Numbered from the stretch's first letter, positions 7,658 to 16,732 are shown. The stretch: DNA of 34,719 nt from Bdellovibrionales bacterium (GCA_043739185.1 JAYUEN010000376.1:1-34719), one strand, 5' to 3'. Notes: a model not told the origin generated them from the sequence alone. Program-made: numbers and translations.

Positions 7658-10350
7658 AATTGTTAATTCATTTATTTATTTTGCTTTCACTTGGCATTTC
7701 AAGTTCGGTGCACTCAGAAGAAAAAGAGAGCGAAGGACTGCTCAATCGTTTACTTGCCCCAGGCCCCTTAATGTCAGGACACAAGAATCTCGAAGGCAAT
7801 GACTGCTTGAAATGTCATGATGCTGGCCAGGGAATCTCGCAACCCAAATGTATGGAGTGCCACAAACCCATAAAAATTGAAGTGGATGCAAAAACCGGCT
7901 TTCATGGAATGCAAAAGCAATCTTGCATTGAGTGCCACAGTGATCATAAGGGCCGTGATTTTGATTCGACAAAAGTCGACCAAAAAACTTTTGATCACAA
8001 TTTGACAGGATATAAACTTGAGGGCAAACACGCCGAACTCGATTGTGCCAAATGCCATACTGAAACCCGCAGCAAAAAAACCATTCGTCGCGGTGGCATT
8101 TTATTTGTGGGAGCCAAATCAAATTGTATCAGTTGCCACAAAAAGAACGATATTCATGCCTTTAAGGGCGAGTATGCAAAAAAAGACTGTTATGTCTGTC
8201 ACAGCCTCAAAGCCTGGAAGCAAGAACTTAAATTTGATCATACACGCGACACAAAATACAAACTCGAAGGCAAACATGCCGAACTTAAGTGTGCCGACTG
8301 TCACGGGCCAAGTAAAAAGAAAGCAACTTCGCAATACAAATGGCCGATCGCAACGGCGCAGTGCCAAGCCTGTCACGCGAATTTTCATAAAAATAATTTG
8401 AGCCCCCACTTTGCCGGTGGAAAGTGTAGTACATGCCACGATCAAAAGAGCTGGAAGCTTCCGGACTTTGATCATCAGGTGACCAAATATTCTTTACGAG
8501 GCAAGCATGCTGAACTTAAATGTGAAGAATGCCATAAACAGAATCCAAAGGTTTTGGCATCAGGCTTAAAAAACTTCAATTTTACCGGGCTTAAATCCAA
8601 CTGTCTCAATTGTCATAAAGATTTTCATTTTTTCGGCCAGAAAGTTTCAAAAAATCTAGGCAAACTCAATCAATGTCTTAGCTGTCACGTCGAAAGTAGT
8701 TTTAAAAAGATTCATGGCTTTGATCACAATCAATCCACGCGTTACGTTATTGATGGCAAGCATACAGATCTGAATTGTGAAGATTGCCATATGGTGAAGC
8801 AAAATCCGAAAGCGAAAAATGGTCCGAGAACGCCGACCTATCATTGGGAGAAACTCAATGATAAGACTTGCGAAAACTGTCATGCAAGTCCACATATCAA
8901 ATCATTTACCAAAGATCTTTTGAAAAAAAGATGTACAGAATGTCATTTAACAGAGGGCTGGACCATTTTCAAAAAAGATGGCAAGCGCTTTGATCATTCT
9001 AAGACTCGTTTTGCATTGACCGGAAACCATACCAGCCTTGCATGCAAAGAATGTCATGTCGTTGCAAAAAAGCAGGTCTTTAAATTTCAACATTTTGAGG
9101 GCCAATTTTGTATCGAATGCCATAAGACTCCACATGATAAGCAATTTAGTCCGCAACAAAGTGCAAAGTCTTGTTCAGAATGTCACAATACGAAAGCTTT
9201 TTCAGAGGTCGCACAATTTGATCATAGTAAAACTCGCTTTCAACTTAAAGGGCGACACAGTAATTTAAAATGCATTGAATGCCATATTGCGACCAATCAA
9301 ATGTTCACTGGAAAATCTCCCCACCCAAAGGGTAAATTTTTATTTCCTGAACTCGATTCAAAATCCTGTTCGAGTTGCCATTCTGATTATCACAAGGGCC
9401 AGCTGGGCTTTGACTGTGCCAAATGTCACAATGAAGAAAGCTGGAAGAAGCCTGCCTTTGATCACAATAAACAAAGTCAATTTTCAATTACCGGTGCTCA
9501 TACAAAACTAAAATGCGAGTCTTGTCATAAAGAAGTTCCAGGTCAAAAGGTCGAATTCTCTAAAAAACTTTATTCTTTAGTCTTATTTAAACCTATGAGA
9601 ACTGAGTGCGCCTCCTGCCACTCCGATTTTCATCGGGGGCAGCTCGGAAATGATTGCGCCAAATGCCATATCACCGAAAAGTGGAAGCCCGCGGCCTTTG
9701 ATCACAATAAACAAAGTCAGTTTAAGATTGAAGGTAAGCACGCCGAACTTGCTTGCAATGAATGTCATAAATTTCAAAGAGGAGAATCTGTTCAATTCGG
9801 CGGAAAAGAATTTAAATTAACTCGCTACAAACCACTAGCGGCTGAATGTTCGACTTGTCACAAAGATCCACATAAAGGTAGTTTCGGAAATAAATGTGAA
9901 GAATGTCACGCAGCACGTGGCTGGAAGTTCACCAAGGACTTTCATAAGAATTTCACTCTCACTGGAGTTCACTTCACTTTGTCATGCAACGAATGTCATA
10001 CCAACAATCGAAGGCTAGCTGGTCTTAGCCAAGATTGTTTTGTGTGCCATCAAAGAGACGATATACACAATGGTTCACTACCTAATTGCAAAGCCTGCCA
10101 TGGTCAGCAGTTCTGGGAGAATACAGGCTTTAGACATTCGGTCAGTCGCTTTGCTTTAACCGGAGCACACAGAACCATCGATTGCACCTCTTGCCATTAT
10201 AATAATATTTATCAGGGCACACCCACGCAGTGCGGAAGTTGCCACTTAGCTGCCGCACTTGCTGTGACTAGCCCTCCACATAGTGCATTTAGCAACGTCA
10301 ATGATTGTGGCAGATGCCACAATACATTTAATTTTGTGATACCAAAATAA
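7654..10350 (+). CDS. Periplasmic multihaem cytochrome c, 33 CxxCH in 11 triheme modules
   Basis: Sec signal peptide; 33 CxxCH motifs counted by eye. Repeating unit FDH-x-(Y/F)xLxGxH-CxxCH-CxxCHxxxH-CxxCH-xxxxW. Very Lys-rich. Confidence 0.95.
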   Translation: MKLLIHLFILLSLGISSSVHSEEKESEGLLNRLLAPGPLMSGHKNLEGNDCLKCHDAGQGISQPKCMECHKPIKIEVDAKTGFHGMQKQSCIECHSDHKGRDFDSTKVDQKTFDHNLTGYKLEGKHAELDCAKCHTETRSKKTIRRGGILFVGAKSNCISCHKKNDIHAFKGEYAKKDCYVCHSLKAWKQELKFDHTRDTKYKLEGKHAELKCADCHGPSKKKATSQYKWPIATAQCQACHANFHKNNLSPHFAGGKCSTCHDQKSWKLPDFDHQVTKYSLRGKHAELKCEECHKQNPKVLASGLKNFNFTGLKSNCLNCHKDFHFFGQKVSKNLGKLNQCLSCHVESSFKKIHGFDHNQSTRYVIDGKHTDLNCEDCHMVKQNPKAKNGPRTPTYHWEKLNDKTCENCHASPHIKSFTKDLLKKRCTECHLTEGWTIFKKDGKRFDHSKTRFALTGNHTSLACKECHVVAKKQVFKFQHFEGQFCIECHKTPHDKQFSPQQSAKSCSECHNTKAFSEVAQFDHSKTRFQLKGRHSNLKCIECHIATNQMFTGKSPHPKGKFLFPELDSKSCSSCHSDYHKGQLGFDCAKCHNEESWKKPAFDHNKQSQFSITGAHTKLKCESCHKEVPGQKVEFSKKLYSLVLFKPMRTECASCHSDFHRGQLGNDCAKCHITEKWKPAAFDHNKQSQFKIEGKHAELACNECHKFQRGESVQFGGKEFKLTRYKPLAAECSTCHKDPHKGSFGNKCEECHAARGWKFTKDFHKNFTLTGVHFTLSCNECHTNNRRLAGLSQDCFVCHQRDDIHNGSLPNCKACHGQQFWENTGFRHSVSRFALTGAHRTIDCTSCHYNNIYQGTPTQCGSCHLAAALAVTSPPHSAFSNVNDCGRCHNTFNFVIPK

Positions 10351-10458
10351 TCGCCCAAGTAATCGCGGGTATGAGACTGAAGTCGAGTAATTTTGAATGG
10401 CCGTTTTCTCTTGGCTCTTAGACTTGAAGTTTGAGCAATAAATTCAGATAATATTTGG

Positions 10459-11814
10459 ATGAAATTAGTTCATTCAATTTCGCAATTTCTACTCAACCAT
10501 GTAGAACTCGCTTTTACAGTTTTTGGTATTGCTTTCATTTGGTTTCGCATCAGTCAAAAAAATAAACGCGAAGCTTATGCCAAAAAAGCTTTGAAAAAAG
10601 CCATTGCAACCCAAGCCAATGAGCCGCTCACTCTGCACCCAGAAGTAGATGCAGCACTTTGCGCGGGCTGCGGAGCCTGTACCCGTGTTTGCCCTGAAGG
10701 CGACATCTTAAACATGATCAATCACAAAGCGGTTTTGGTTTCTCCAACTAAATGTGTCGGCCATGGCGAATGCGAAAGAGCTTGTCCCTTCAGCGCCATC
10801 AAACTCGTTTTTGGAACTAAAACCAGAGGACTTGATATTCCGAGATTGAATTCAAATTACGAAACCAATGTACCAGGACTTTATATCGCCGGTGAATTGG
10901 GTGGCATGGGGCTTATTAGAAACGCTGTTAAGCAGGGCGTGCTCGCAACCCAAGATGCGATTGCGAAATTAAAACCTAAGGCAGCAGTGCAAAGCGATGT
11001 TTTTATCGTTGGTGCCGGGCCTGCAGGATTAGCAGCGGCACTTGCTTGTGTGGCGAATAAAAAAACTTATGAATGCATTGAGCAAAATAGTTTTGGCGGA
11101 ACTGTTTATAATTTTCCTCGGCAAAAAATTGTTATGACCGCGCCCGCCAATTTGCCAGTAGTAGGCGAAATGAAATTTGCCAAAAACAAAGTAACCAAAG
11201 AACAATTATTAGGTTACTGGGAAGAAGTTCGTAAAAAAGCAGGAATCCAAATTCGTGATAAAACCAGCTTTCAGGGCTTAGAGGCTTTTCAAGGCGGCTT
11301 TAAAATTAAAACCAGTAACGGAGATTTTACCGCTCAAAAAGTCATACTCTCAATGGGAGTTCGTGGGAGCCCAAGAAGACTTGGCTTGCCAAATGAAGAC
11401 TTACCAAAAGTAACTTATAATTTGATTGATCCTGAACAATATCAAAATTCAGATGTAATGGTTGTCGGCGGCGGAAACGCCGGCGTTGAAGCCGCACAAT
11501 ATTTGGCTAATCCCAAACTCAATAATCGAGTTAGTCTGGCTATTCGAGGTATGGATTTTGATCGCTGCAATGATGAAAACAAAAGAATCATAAATGAAAT
11601 GGCTCAGAAGTCGCAGGTCAAAATTTTTTTTAAATCTTCAGTCGCCGAAATTCATCCTGAACATTTGGTAATGAATATTGGTGAGGAAAAAAAGAATGTC
11701 GCCAACCACTATTTATTTGTTTTTGCTGGTGCTGAAATGCCTCACAAATTTTTAATGAGCCTGGGAATCAAAATCGAGAAGAAATTTGGGGAAGGCCTTG
11801 CCAAACCTTCATAG
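10459..11814 (+). CDS. Membrane-anchored 2x[Fe-S] ferredoxin-domain FAD/NAD(P)H oxidoreductase (TrxR/YpdA/FNR-like fold)
   Basis: N-terminal TM; CAGCGACTRVCP and CVGHGECERACP; ETNVPGLYIAGE; FAD motif IVGAGPAG; NADPH-type VVGGGNAGVEAA; no redox CxxC. Confidence 0.88.
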   Translation: MKLVHSISQFLLNHVELAFTVFGIAFIWFRISQKNKREAYAKKALKKAIATQANEPLTLHPEVDAALCAGCGACTRVCPEGDILNMINHKAVLVSPTKCVGHGECERACPFSAIKLVFGTKTRGLDIPRLNSNYETNVPGLYIAGELGGMGLIRNAVKQGVLATQDAIAKLKPKAAVQSDVFIVGAGPAGLAAALACVANKKTYECIEQNSFGGTVYNFPRQKIVMTAPANLPVVGEMKFAKNKVTKEQLLGYWEEVRKKAGIQIRDKTSFQGLEAFQGGFKIKTSNGDFTAQKVILSMGVRGSPRRLGLPNEDLPKVTYNLIDPEQYQNSDVMVVGGGNAGVEAAQYLANPKLNNRVSLAIRGMDFDRCNDENKRIINEMAQKSQVKIFFKSSVAEIHPEHLVMNIGEEKKNVANHYLFVFAGAEMPHKFLMSLGIKIEKKFGEGLAKPS

Positions 11815-11854
11815 AAAAAAGCCAGAACTCAATTGGCTTGCAAAGTAAAAACCT

Positions 11855-12733
11855 ATGACACTCAAAAATTATACCTATATTTGGTTTTTCATAAGTCTCA
11901 TCATTTGCTTTGAATACCTTGCCCTTAATTTTCAACCGCAATTGAGTATGCTCAATTTGCTCAAGCATCATAATCACTCGTCGAAATTTATTGAGCACTT
12001 AAATCTTTCCCCACTTCCCGGCAGACAATTGAGTCTGTATTTTGGTTGGGCCGGGATCTTGATCATGTTATCGATGAATGTCTACACACTTAAAAAGCGT
12101 TTCAAGTATATCGGAATGCTTTTACCCTCTTTGCCCAGTACTTTTAATTTTCATATTTTTTGTGGCCTGATCGGCCCAACATTTATTTTGTTTCACTGTA
12201 ATTTAAAAGTACATGGCTTAGTAGCGATTAGCTTTTGGAGTATGCTGGTTTCTGCTAGCAGCGGCGTTTTGGGGCGCTATTTATATGGCCAACTCTTACA
12301 GAAAAAATATGATCTCAAAACCTCAGCCGACGCCGATAAATTGCGATTGGAAGCAGAGTTTACCAAACTCATGCCAAAAGTGAAACCAGAAAGACGAGAG
12401 CAAATTCTGCAAGAGGCTCTGATTTATGTTGGCTTACCCTCAACCAATAATGATGAATTTGACAGTTTAAGTATTTGGCAGGTTTTGATAGGCTCAATTG
12501 CAGGGGACGCCAGATTGTATTTTGCCGAACCCAATGCTAAAGAAAATCTGCATTTGAAAATAAGAGCCCTTCTGACAAATTGGGCCCTAACCATGCGAAG
12601 AAATATGTATTTAGACCCCCTGCAAAGACTAATGGGTTACTGGCATGCCTTTCATTTACCCTTCGCTTTTTTTATGTATATCGCAGCCTTTATACATATT
12701 GTGGCGGCACTTTTATTAGGGGTGAAAAAATGA
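11855..12733 (+). CDS. Inner-membrane protein, putative dihaem cytochrome b (ferric-reductase-like TM domain)
   Basis: About 5 hydrophobic segments with two Hx13H pairs (H100/H114 and H267/H281) and a SGVLGRYLY motif. Confidence 0.72.
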   Translation: MTLKNYTYIWFFISLIICFEYLALNFQPQLSMLNLLKHHNHSSKFIEHLNLSPLPGRQLSLYFGWAGILIMLSMNVYTLKKRFKYIGMLLPSLPSTFNFHIFCGLIGPTFILFHCNLKVHGLVAISFWSMLVSASSGVLGRYLYGQLLQKKYDLKTSADADKLRLEAEFTKLMPKVKPERREQILQEALIYVGLPSTNNDEFDSLSIWQVLIGSIAGDARLYFAEPNAKENLHLKIRALLTNWALTMRRNMYLDPLQRLMGYWHAFHLPFAFFMYIAAFIHIVAALLLGVKK

Positions 12734-12821
12734 TCGACACATTTGGCGTCTATCTTTGAGAAACTCGTAAAAATCACGTTTATCACTTTAGTCCAGTTCA
12801 GTCTAAACCGATCAGTTAGGA

Positions 12822-15800
12822 ATGCCGCGACCATCTGAATTCATTAAATTATTTCTTAAAAACAAGGATATGCAGAGGACTTGGGTCGTTCTTTTTTTAG
12901 TTATTCTGGTCGCATCTTTTAGCTTTCAAAATTGCGTGAAGGCTCCCGCGCCAGGTCAAATTACGACTCTAACTTCGATCGCCTCAAGTATTCATACCGG
13001 CAAAGAAACTGCTTGTTCAAATTGTCACGAAACGGGTAGCAGTGGTCGCCCAACTTCTACCGCTGGCTTTGTTAATTTGAATGTGAATACGCCATTTGAT
13101 TATACGACTCATGCCAAAGGCATCGACTGTATCAGTTGTCATGATATGTCCCAAATTGCGCGTACAAAGGCCGATTGGGGAAATGGATTTTTTAATCACA
13201 GTTCAACTTTAACCGCATGCAATTCTTGTCATACGTCACAACAGCCGAAAAATTCGGTTGCAGATCTTGCCCTCACTGGTGGCTTTGATCATACAATTTT
13301 GGGAGCTCAAGATTGTTTCGGTTGCCATCAAGCTTCATTGAATACTTCTTTTTCAGGCTTAGCCGATTGGTCCGGCGGCGTTGGTGCGGCCAATGGTTTA
13401 AAATATGCAACAATGAGTGATGTATCACTTTCGGGTCAAGCCTCGCAGTTACCAAATTTTTCAAATACTGTTATATCAAGTTTAACCAACGCTCCACAAA
13501 CTATTCATATGAGTATGAACCATCAAAGCAGTTTGATTACACCGCAAGTGATTTCAAACTGTGCGACTTGTCACGTAGGTGGAGTTTATACAAGCGGGGT
13601 ATTTCATAATGCGATTCGCGGTGCAGGAATTGCGCAGCCCACTTCTTGTAGCGACTGTCATAATAGTTCATCACTTCCAATTGGGATTGTCGGTCCTACT
13701 ACACCTGCGCCAGTCACACCAAGGTCGCCAGTTTCAAATGAGATGCGCCATGATGCGGTCGTTTGGTCAAAGAATGCGTCTGGCCAATTTGTAAGTACTT
13801 CGACTGGTATTGTGAGTAACGACTGTGTCGTTTGTCATAATGCTCCCGCGGCAGCTCCGGTCGGAGGAAACAACGGCTGGAATGGCGGACTTTATCACGC
13901 CTCACTTACTACTGCTAAAGTTTCCCAACCAAGTTCTTGTTTAGATTGCCATGCGAACTCACGTACAATCGGAAACAATGTCGGGACACTCACCGGCTTT
14001 GACCACAGTGTTCACGCCAATGGCGAAGGCGACTGTATCAGTTGTCATACGAGTAAATCCGCTTGGACCGGTGGTGTCTTTCATCAAGCCAGTTTGACGG
14101 CTCCAAGCACTTGTAATTTGTGTCATGCCTCACAACGACCAAATGGTATCCTAACCATTGGTTCTGCTGGTGGCAGTTTCAATTTTGTGGGCTATAATTC
14201 TGCGAAGCTCCCATTCGATACTTCGTCGGCGCAAAATACCACCGGTTACCATGGTGGAACTCGTGAGTGTAATGTTTGTCATACTCCAACTATGTTCAGC
14301 TTGATGAGCAATTGGTCGGGCGGAAATTTTGATCACGTCGCCGCCAATACCGCGCACACTTTGACGAGTTGCCAAGATTGCCATATGTCACAGCGACCAA
14401 CAGCCGCCATTTCACCAACCACATTGAATGGCTTGTCAGCAAGTTTTGATCACAGTCTGAACGGGCAAGGCGATTGTATCGCATGTCACTCATCAACTAT
14501 TACGCGTGCAGTTTATGCCAATTTTCAAACTGCTAACCCAGGAACATACGGAGATACAGATTGGCGCGGAGGCGTTGGTACGCCCACAGGTTTAGCAGGA
14601 CCAGATCCAACCAAACCACTGACTCAACTTCCGGCTGTACATGTGAATTACACCAATCTCGCGACATTTCAGTTTGGTCCACAAACCAATTTGACTGAAA
14701 CGCTATCAGATCAACTTCTTCATAGTTCAACACAAATTATCACCTCAGCCCCTTCAGTTTGGACGGGTGGAGTTGTCGGTAGCACTTTAGATCCGGCTCA
14801 GTGTATGCAGTGTCATACAAATCTTCCTACTAAATATGCGGGTTCTTCTTTTCACGCAGCAGTCACGCCTCCGGGCCCTGAAGCTTCTGCAAGTTTAACG
14901 GCCTGTGCGGTTTGCCACCTCAATACGACGCCTGCAAATATCGTCGGAATTCCGAGTACCTTTGTAACGCCATTTTTAACTCCAATGGATCATAGTGCAA
15001 ACTTAAGTAGTGGAACTGTGCTCGCAAATGATTGCATCGTTTGCCATACTAAAACCACTGCTGGAACTTCTTTCTCAGGTGCAAGTTTTCACAACAACAT
15101 AGGTTCGGCTTCTCCCTCAACTTGTACCACTTGCCATGCCTATACCGAGCCCACAGGAGCCTTTGCGTTCACCGGCCATAGCGCGCAAACTCTTGGCTTC
15201 AAACATGCCTCAAGTTTCGCACCTGGTGATTGCAATGCTTGCCACAGTCTCACCAATACTCAGGTAAATACTTTGATTACAGCTCACGGCAAAGTTTCAA
15301 CAAATTTCAGTGGCGGATTGTTTCATAAAAACGTGGCTCCAACGGGCGTCACTTCGTGTGTTGATTGCCACACTAAAACTGCAATCGCAAATCCAACTGT
15401 AAGTGCAATCGATGCCCAGCATATGAATCACAATTCAACCACAGTCGGAAGCGACTGCTATATGTGCCATAAAAATGACTTGGCTGCGAGTATTACACCA
15501 ACGGCTTTTGGCAAATCAAATCTCTTTCACGCTGGGACCAATACGAATCTTTCAGTATCAGGCTCAGTCGTCAGCACTTGTACGGAATGTCACGGCTTAA
15601 CAAATGGTGGCGGCTCAGTGCCGGGAACCAATAATGAAATTCCGGCTGCAGGAGCAAAAAATACCGATGTGGCTTCGACTTATCCAGCAGGCAATACGAC
15701 ACTGATGGATCAGATCGACCATAACGATACAACTGTAACCGGCAAAGATTGTGATATTTGTCACACCAATATTGGTCCTACCGGCCCTAAATGGAAGTCC

Positions 15801-16409
15801 GCAAAATTTCACGCCAATGTCGCCGTCACCGGCCCAGCGACAGCCTGTGAATCATGTCACGCAAACTTAAGACCTGCAGGCATTGCAAACGGTGAAGATC
15901 ATTCTGTAACTGCACCCATGTCTCATACCGCTTGCGGAACTTGTCATACTAATCCTGCAGGAACCGGAACCATTGGCTCGACTTCTTCTCCACCAAATTG
16001 GTTAAATGCAGTCGGTGGAAGTATCCCTGCTACAATTACATTTCCTGCACCTACAGGCTCTGGGTGGGCTCCGTTAACTCTTGCGCATCCCGTTCCTGCC
16101 ACAGGCGTCACCTGTGCTCAATGTCATGGTACATCTGTCGGCGCAACTGTCATAGGCTGGGATCATGGCCATATGCCAGCACTTCCGTCTGGAGCTAAAT
16201 ATTGTATGTATTGTCATTTGACTGGCCAACAAGTTGTAGCAACTGCTGGACTTACTAAATTTCAAACCAAGGCAATCAACCATCACGGGACCATCGGCCC
16301 AACCGATACCTGTGAGTATTGCCATACCCCTGGCCAAAACGTGCATCAGAATTTTTCATATCCTAATCCGTGGAACTCAGGTACCACCGGCAATGTCAGC
16401 GGCCCTTAA
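12822..16409 (+). CDS. Lipoprotein multihaem cytochrome c, 27 CxxCH, probably surface-exposed
   Basis: FQNC lipobox (likely start ATG 12870 puts Cys at residue 22); 27 CxxCH motifs counted by eye; FH/FDH/MNH distal His motifs; S/T/G/A/P/N-rich with low charge. Confidence 0.93.
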   Translation: MPRPSEFIKLFLKNKDMQRTWVVLFLVILVASFSFQNCVKAPAPGQITTLTSIASSIHTGKETACSNCHETGSSGRPTSTAGFVNLNVNTPFDYTTHAKGIDCISCHDMSQIARTKADWGNGFFNHSSTLTACNSCHTSQQPKNSVADLALTGGFDHTILGAQDCFGCHQASLNTSFSGLADWSGGVGAANGLKYATMSDVSLSGQASQLPNFSNTVISSLTNAPQTIHMSMNHQSSLITPQVISNCATCHVGGVYTSGVFHNAIRGAGIAQPTSCSDCHNSSSLPIGIVGPTTPAPVTPRSPVSNEMRHDAVVWSKNASGQFVSTSTGIVSNDCVVCHNAPAAAPVGGNNGWNGGLYHASLTTAKVSQPSSCLDCHANSRTIGNNVGTLTGFDHSVHANGEGDCISCHTSKSAWTGGVFHQASLTAPSTCNLCHASQRPNGILTIGSAGGSFNFVGYNSAKLPFDTSSAQNTTGYHGGTRECNVCHTPTMFSLMSNWSGGNFDHVAANTAHTLTSCQDCHMSQRPTAAISPTTLNGLSASFDHSLNGQGDCIACHSSTITRAVYANFQTANPGTYGDTDWRGGVGTPTGLAGPDPTKPLTQLPAVHVNYTNLATFQFGPQTNLTETLSDQLLHSSTQIITSAPSVWTGGVVGSTLDPAQCMQCHTNLPTKYAGSSFHAAVTPPGPEASASLTACAVCHLNTTPANIVGIPSTFVTPFLTPMDHSANLSSGTVLANDCIVCHTKTTAGTSFSGASFHNNIGSASPSTCTTCHAYTEPTGAFAFTGHSAQTLGFKHASSFAPGDCNACHSLTNTQVNTLITAHGKVSTNFSGGLFHKNVAPTGVTSCVDCHTKTAIANPTVSAIDAQHMNHNSTTVGSDCYMCHKNDLAASITPTAFGKSNLFHAGTNTNLSVSGSVVSTCTECHGLTNGGGSVPGTNNEIPAAGAKNTDVASTYPAGNTTLMDQIDHNDTTVTGKDCDICHTNIGPTGPKWKSAKFHANVAVTGPATACESCHANLRPAGIANGEDHSVTAPMSHTACGTCHTNPAGTGTIGSTSSPPNWLNAVGGSIPATITFPAPTGSGWAPLTLAHPVPATGVTCAQCHGTSVGATVIGWDHGHMPALPSGAKYCMYCHLTGQQVVATAGLTKFQTKAINHHGTIGPTDTCEYCHTPGQNVHQNFSYPNPWNSGTTGNVSGP

Positions 16410-16455
16410 GATAGTGCCAACTAACATTTCGTAATTCAACGAGTCGTGAAATTTT

Positions 16456-16505
16456 AAATGTACAATAAACTTTACATGTCGGCATGTATAGTCTATTGTA
16501 CATTT
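16456..16505 (+). promoter_or_regulatory. Tandem operator (two ATGTA-N10-TACAT sites forming a 23-bp-arm inverted repeat) overlapping a sigma70-like promoter
   Basis: Arms 16456-16478 and 16483-16505 (21/23 complementary). TTTACA (16471-16476), 17-nt spacer, TATTGT (16494-16499), directly upstream of the Xre gene. Confidence 0.75.
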
Positions 16506-16506
16506 T

Positions 16507-16731
16507 ATGCCGCGAATTTATCAAAGTTATAATATTGAAAATTGTATTCAGGAGCTTCGGGGCAAAACCGAGCTAACACAGCAAGAGTTGGCTAACGAGC
16601 TTGGAATCACTCGGGCAACCGTTTTAGCTCTTGAAAAGGGAAGTTATAATCCTTCCCTCGAATTGGCATTTCGAATATCTAAATATTTTAAATTGGGGAT
16701 AGAAGAAATTTTTAAAGTGAAAGGAAAATGA
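16507..16731 (+). CDS. Xre/Cro-family helix-turn-helix transcriptional regulator
   Basis: LTQQELANELGITRATVLALEKGSYNPSLELAFRIS..F...IEEIF is a typical HTH_3 pattern. Confidence 0.93.
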   Translation: MPRIYQSYNIENCIQELRGKTELTQQELANELGITRATVLALEKGSYNPSLELAFRISKYFKLGIEEIFKVKGK

Positions 16732-16732
16732 A

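Noticed and set aside
7654..10350. Periodic repeats as a possible CRISPR array or tandem DNA repeat
   Set aside because: The repeats are in-frame protein modules with synonymous divergence; there is no repeat-spacer structure and no cas gene.
10459..11814. Calling the flavoprotein trxB
   Set aside because: It has no CxxC active site, carries extra TM and Fe-S domains, and has an altered motif order.
6293..16409. Naming the conduit genes mtrA/mtrB/mtrC or omc
   Set aside because: Haem numbers, module structure and barrel size differ from MtrCAB, and orthology cannot be shown without searches.
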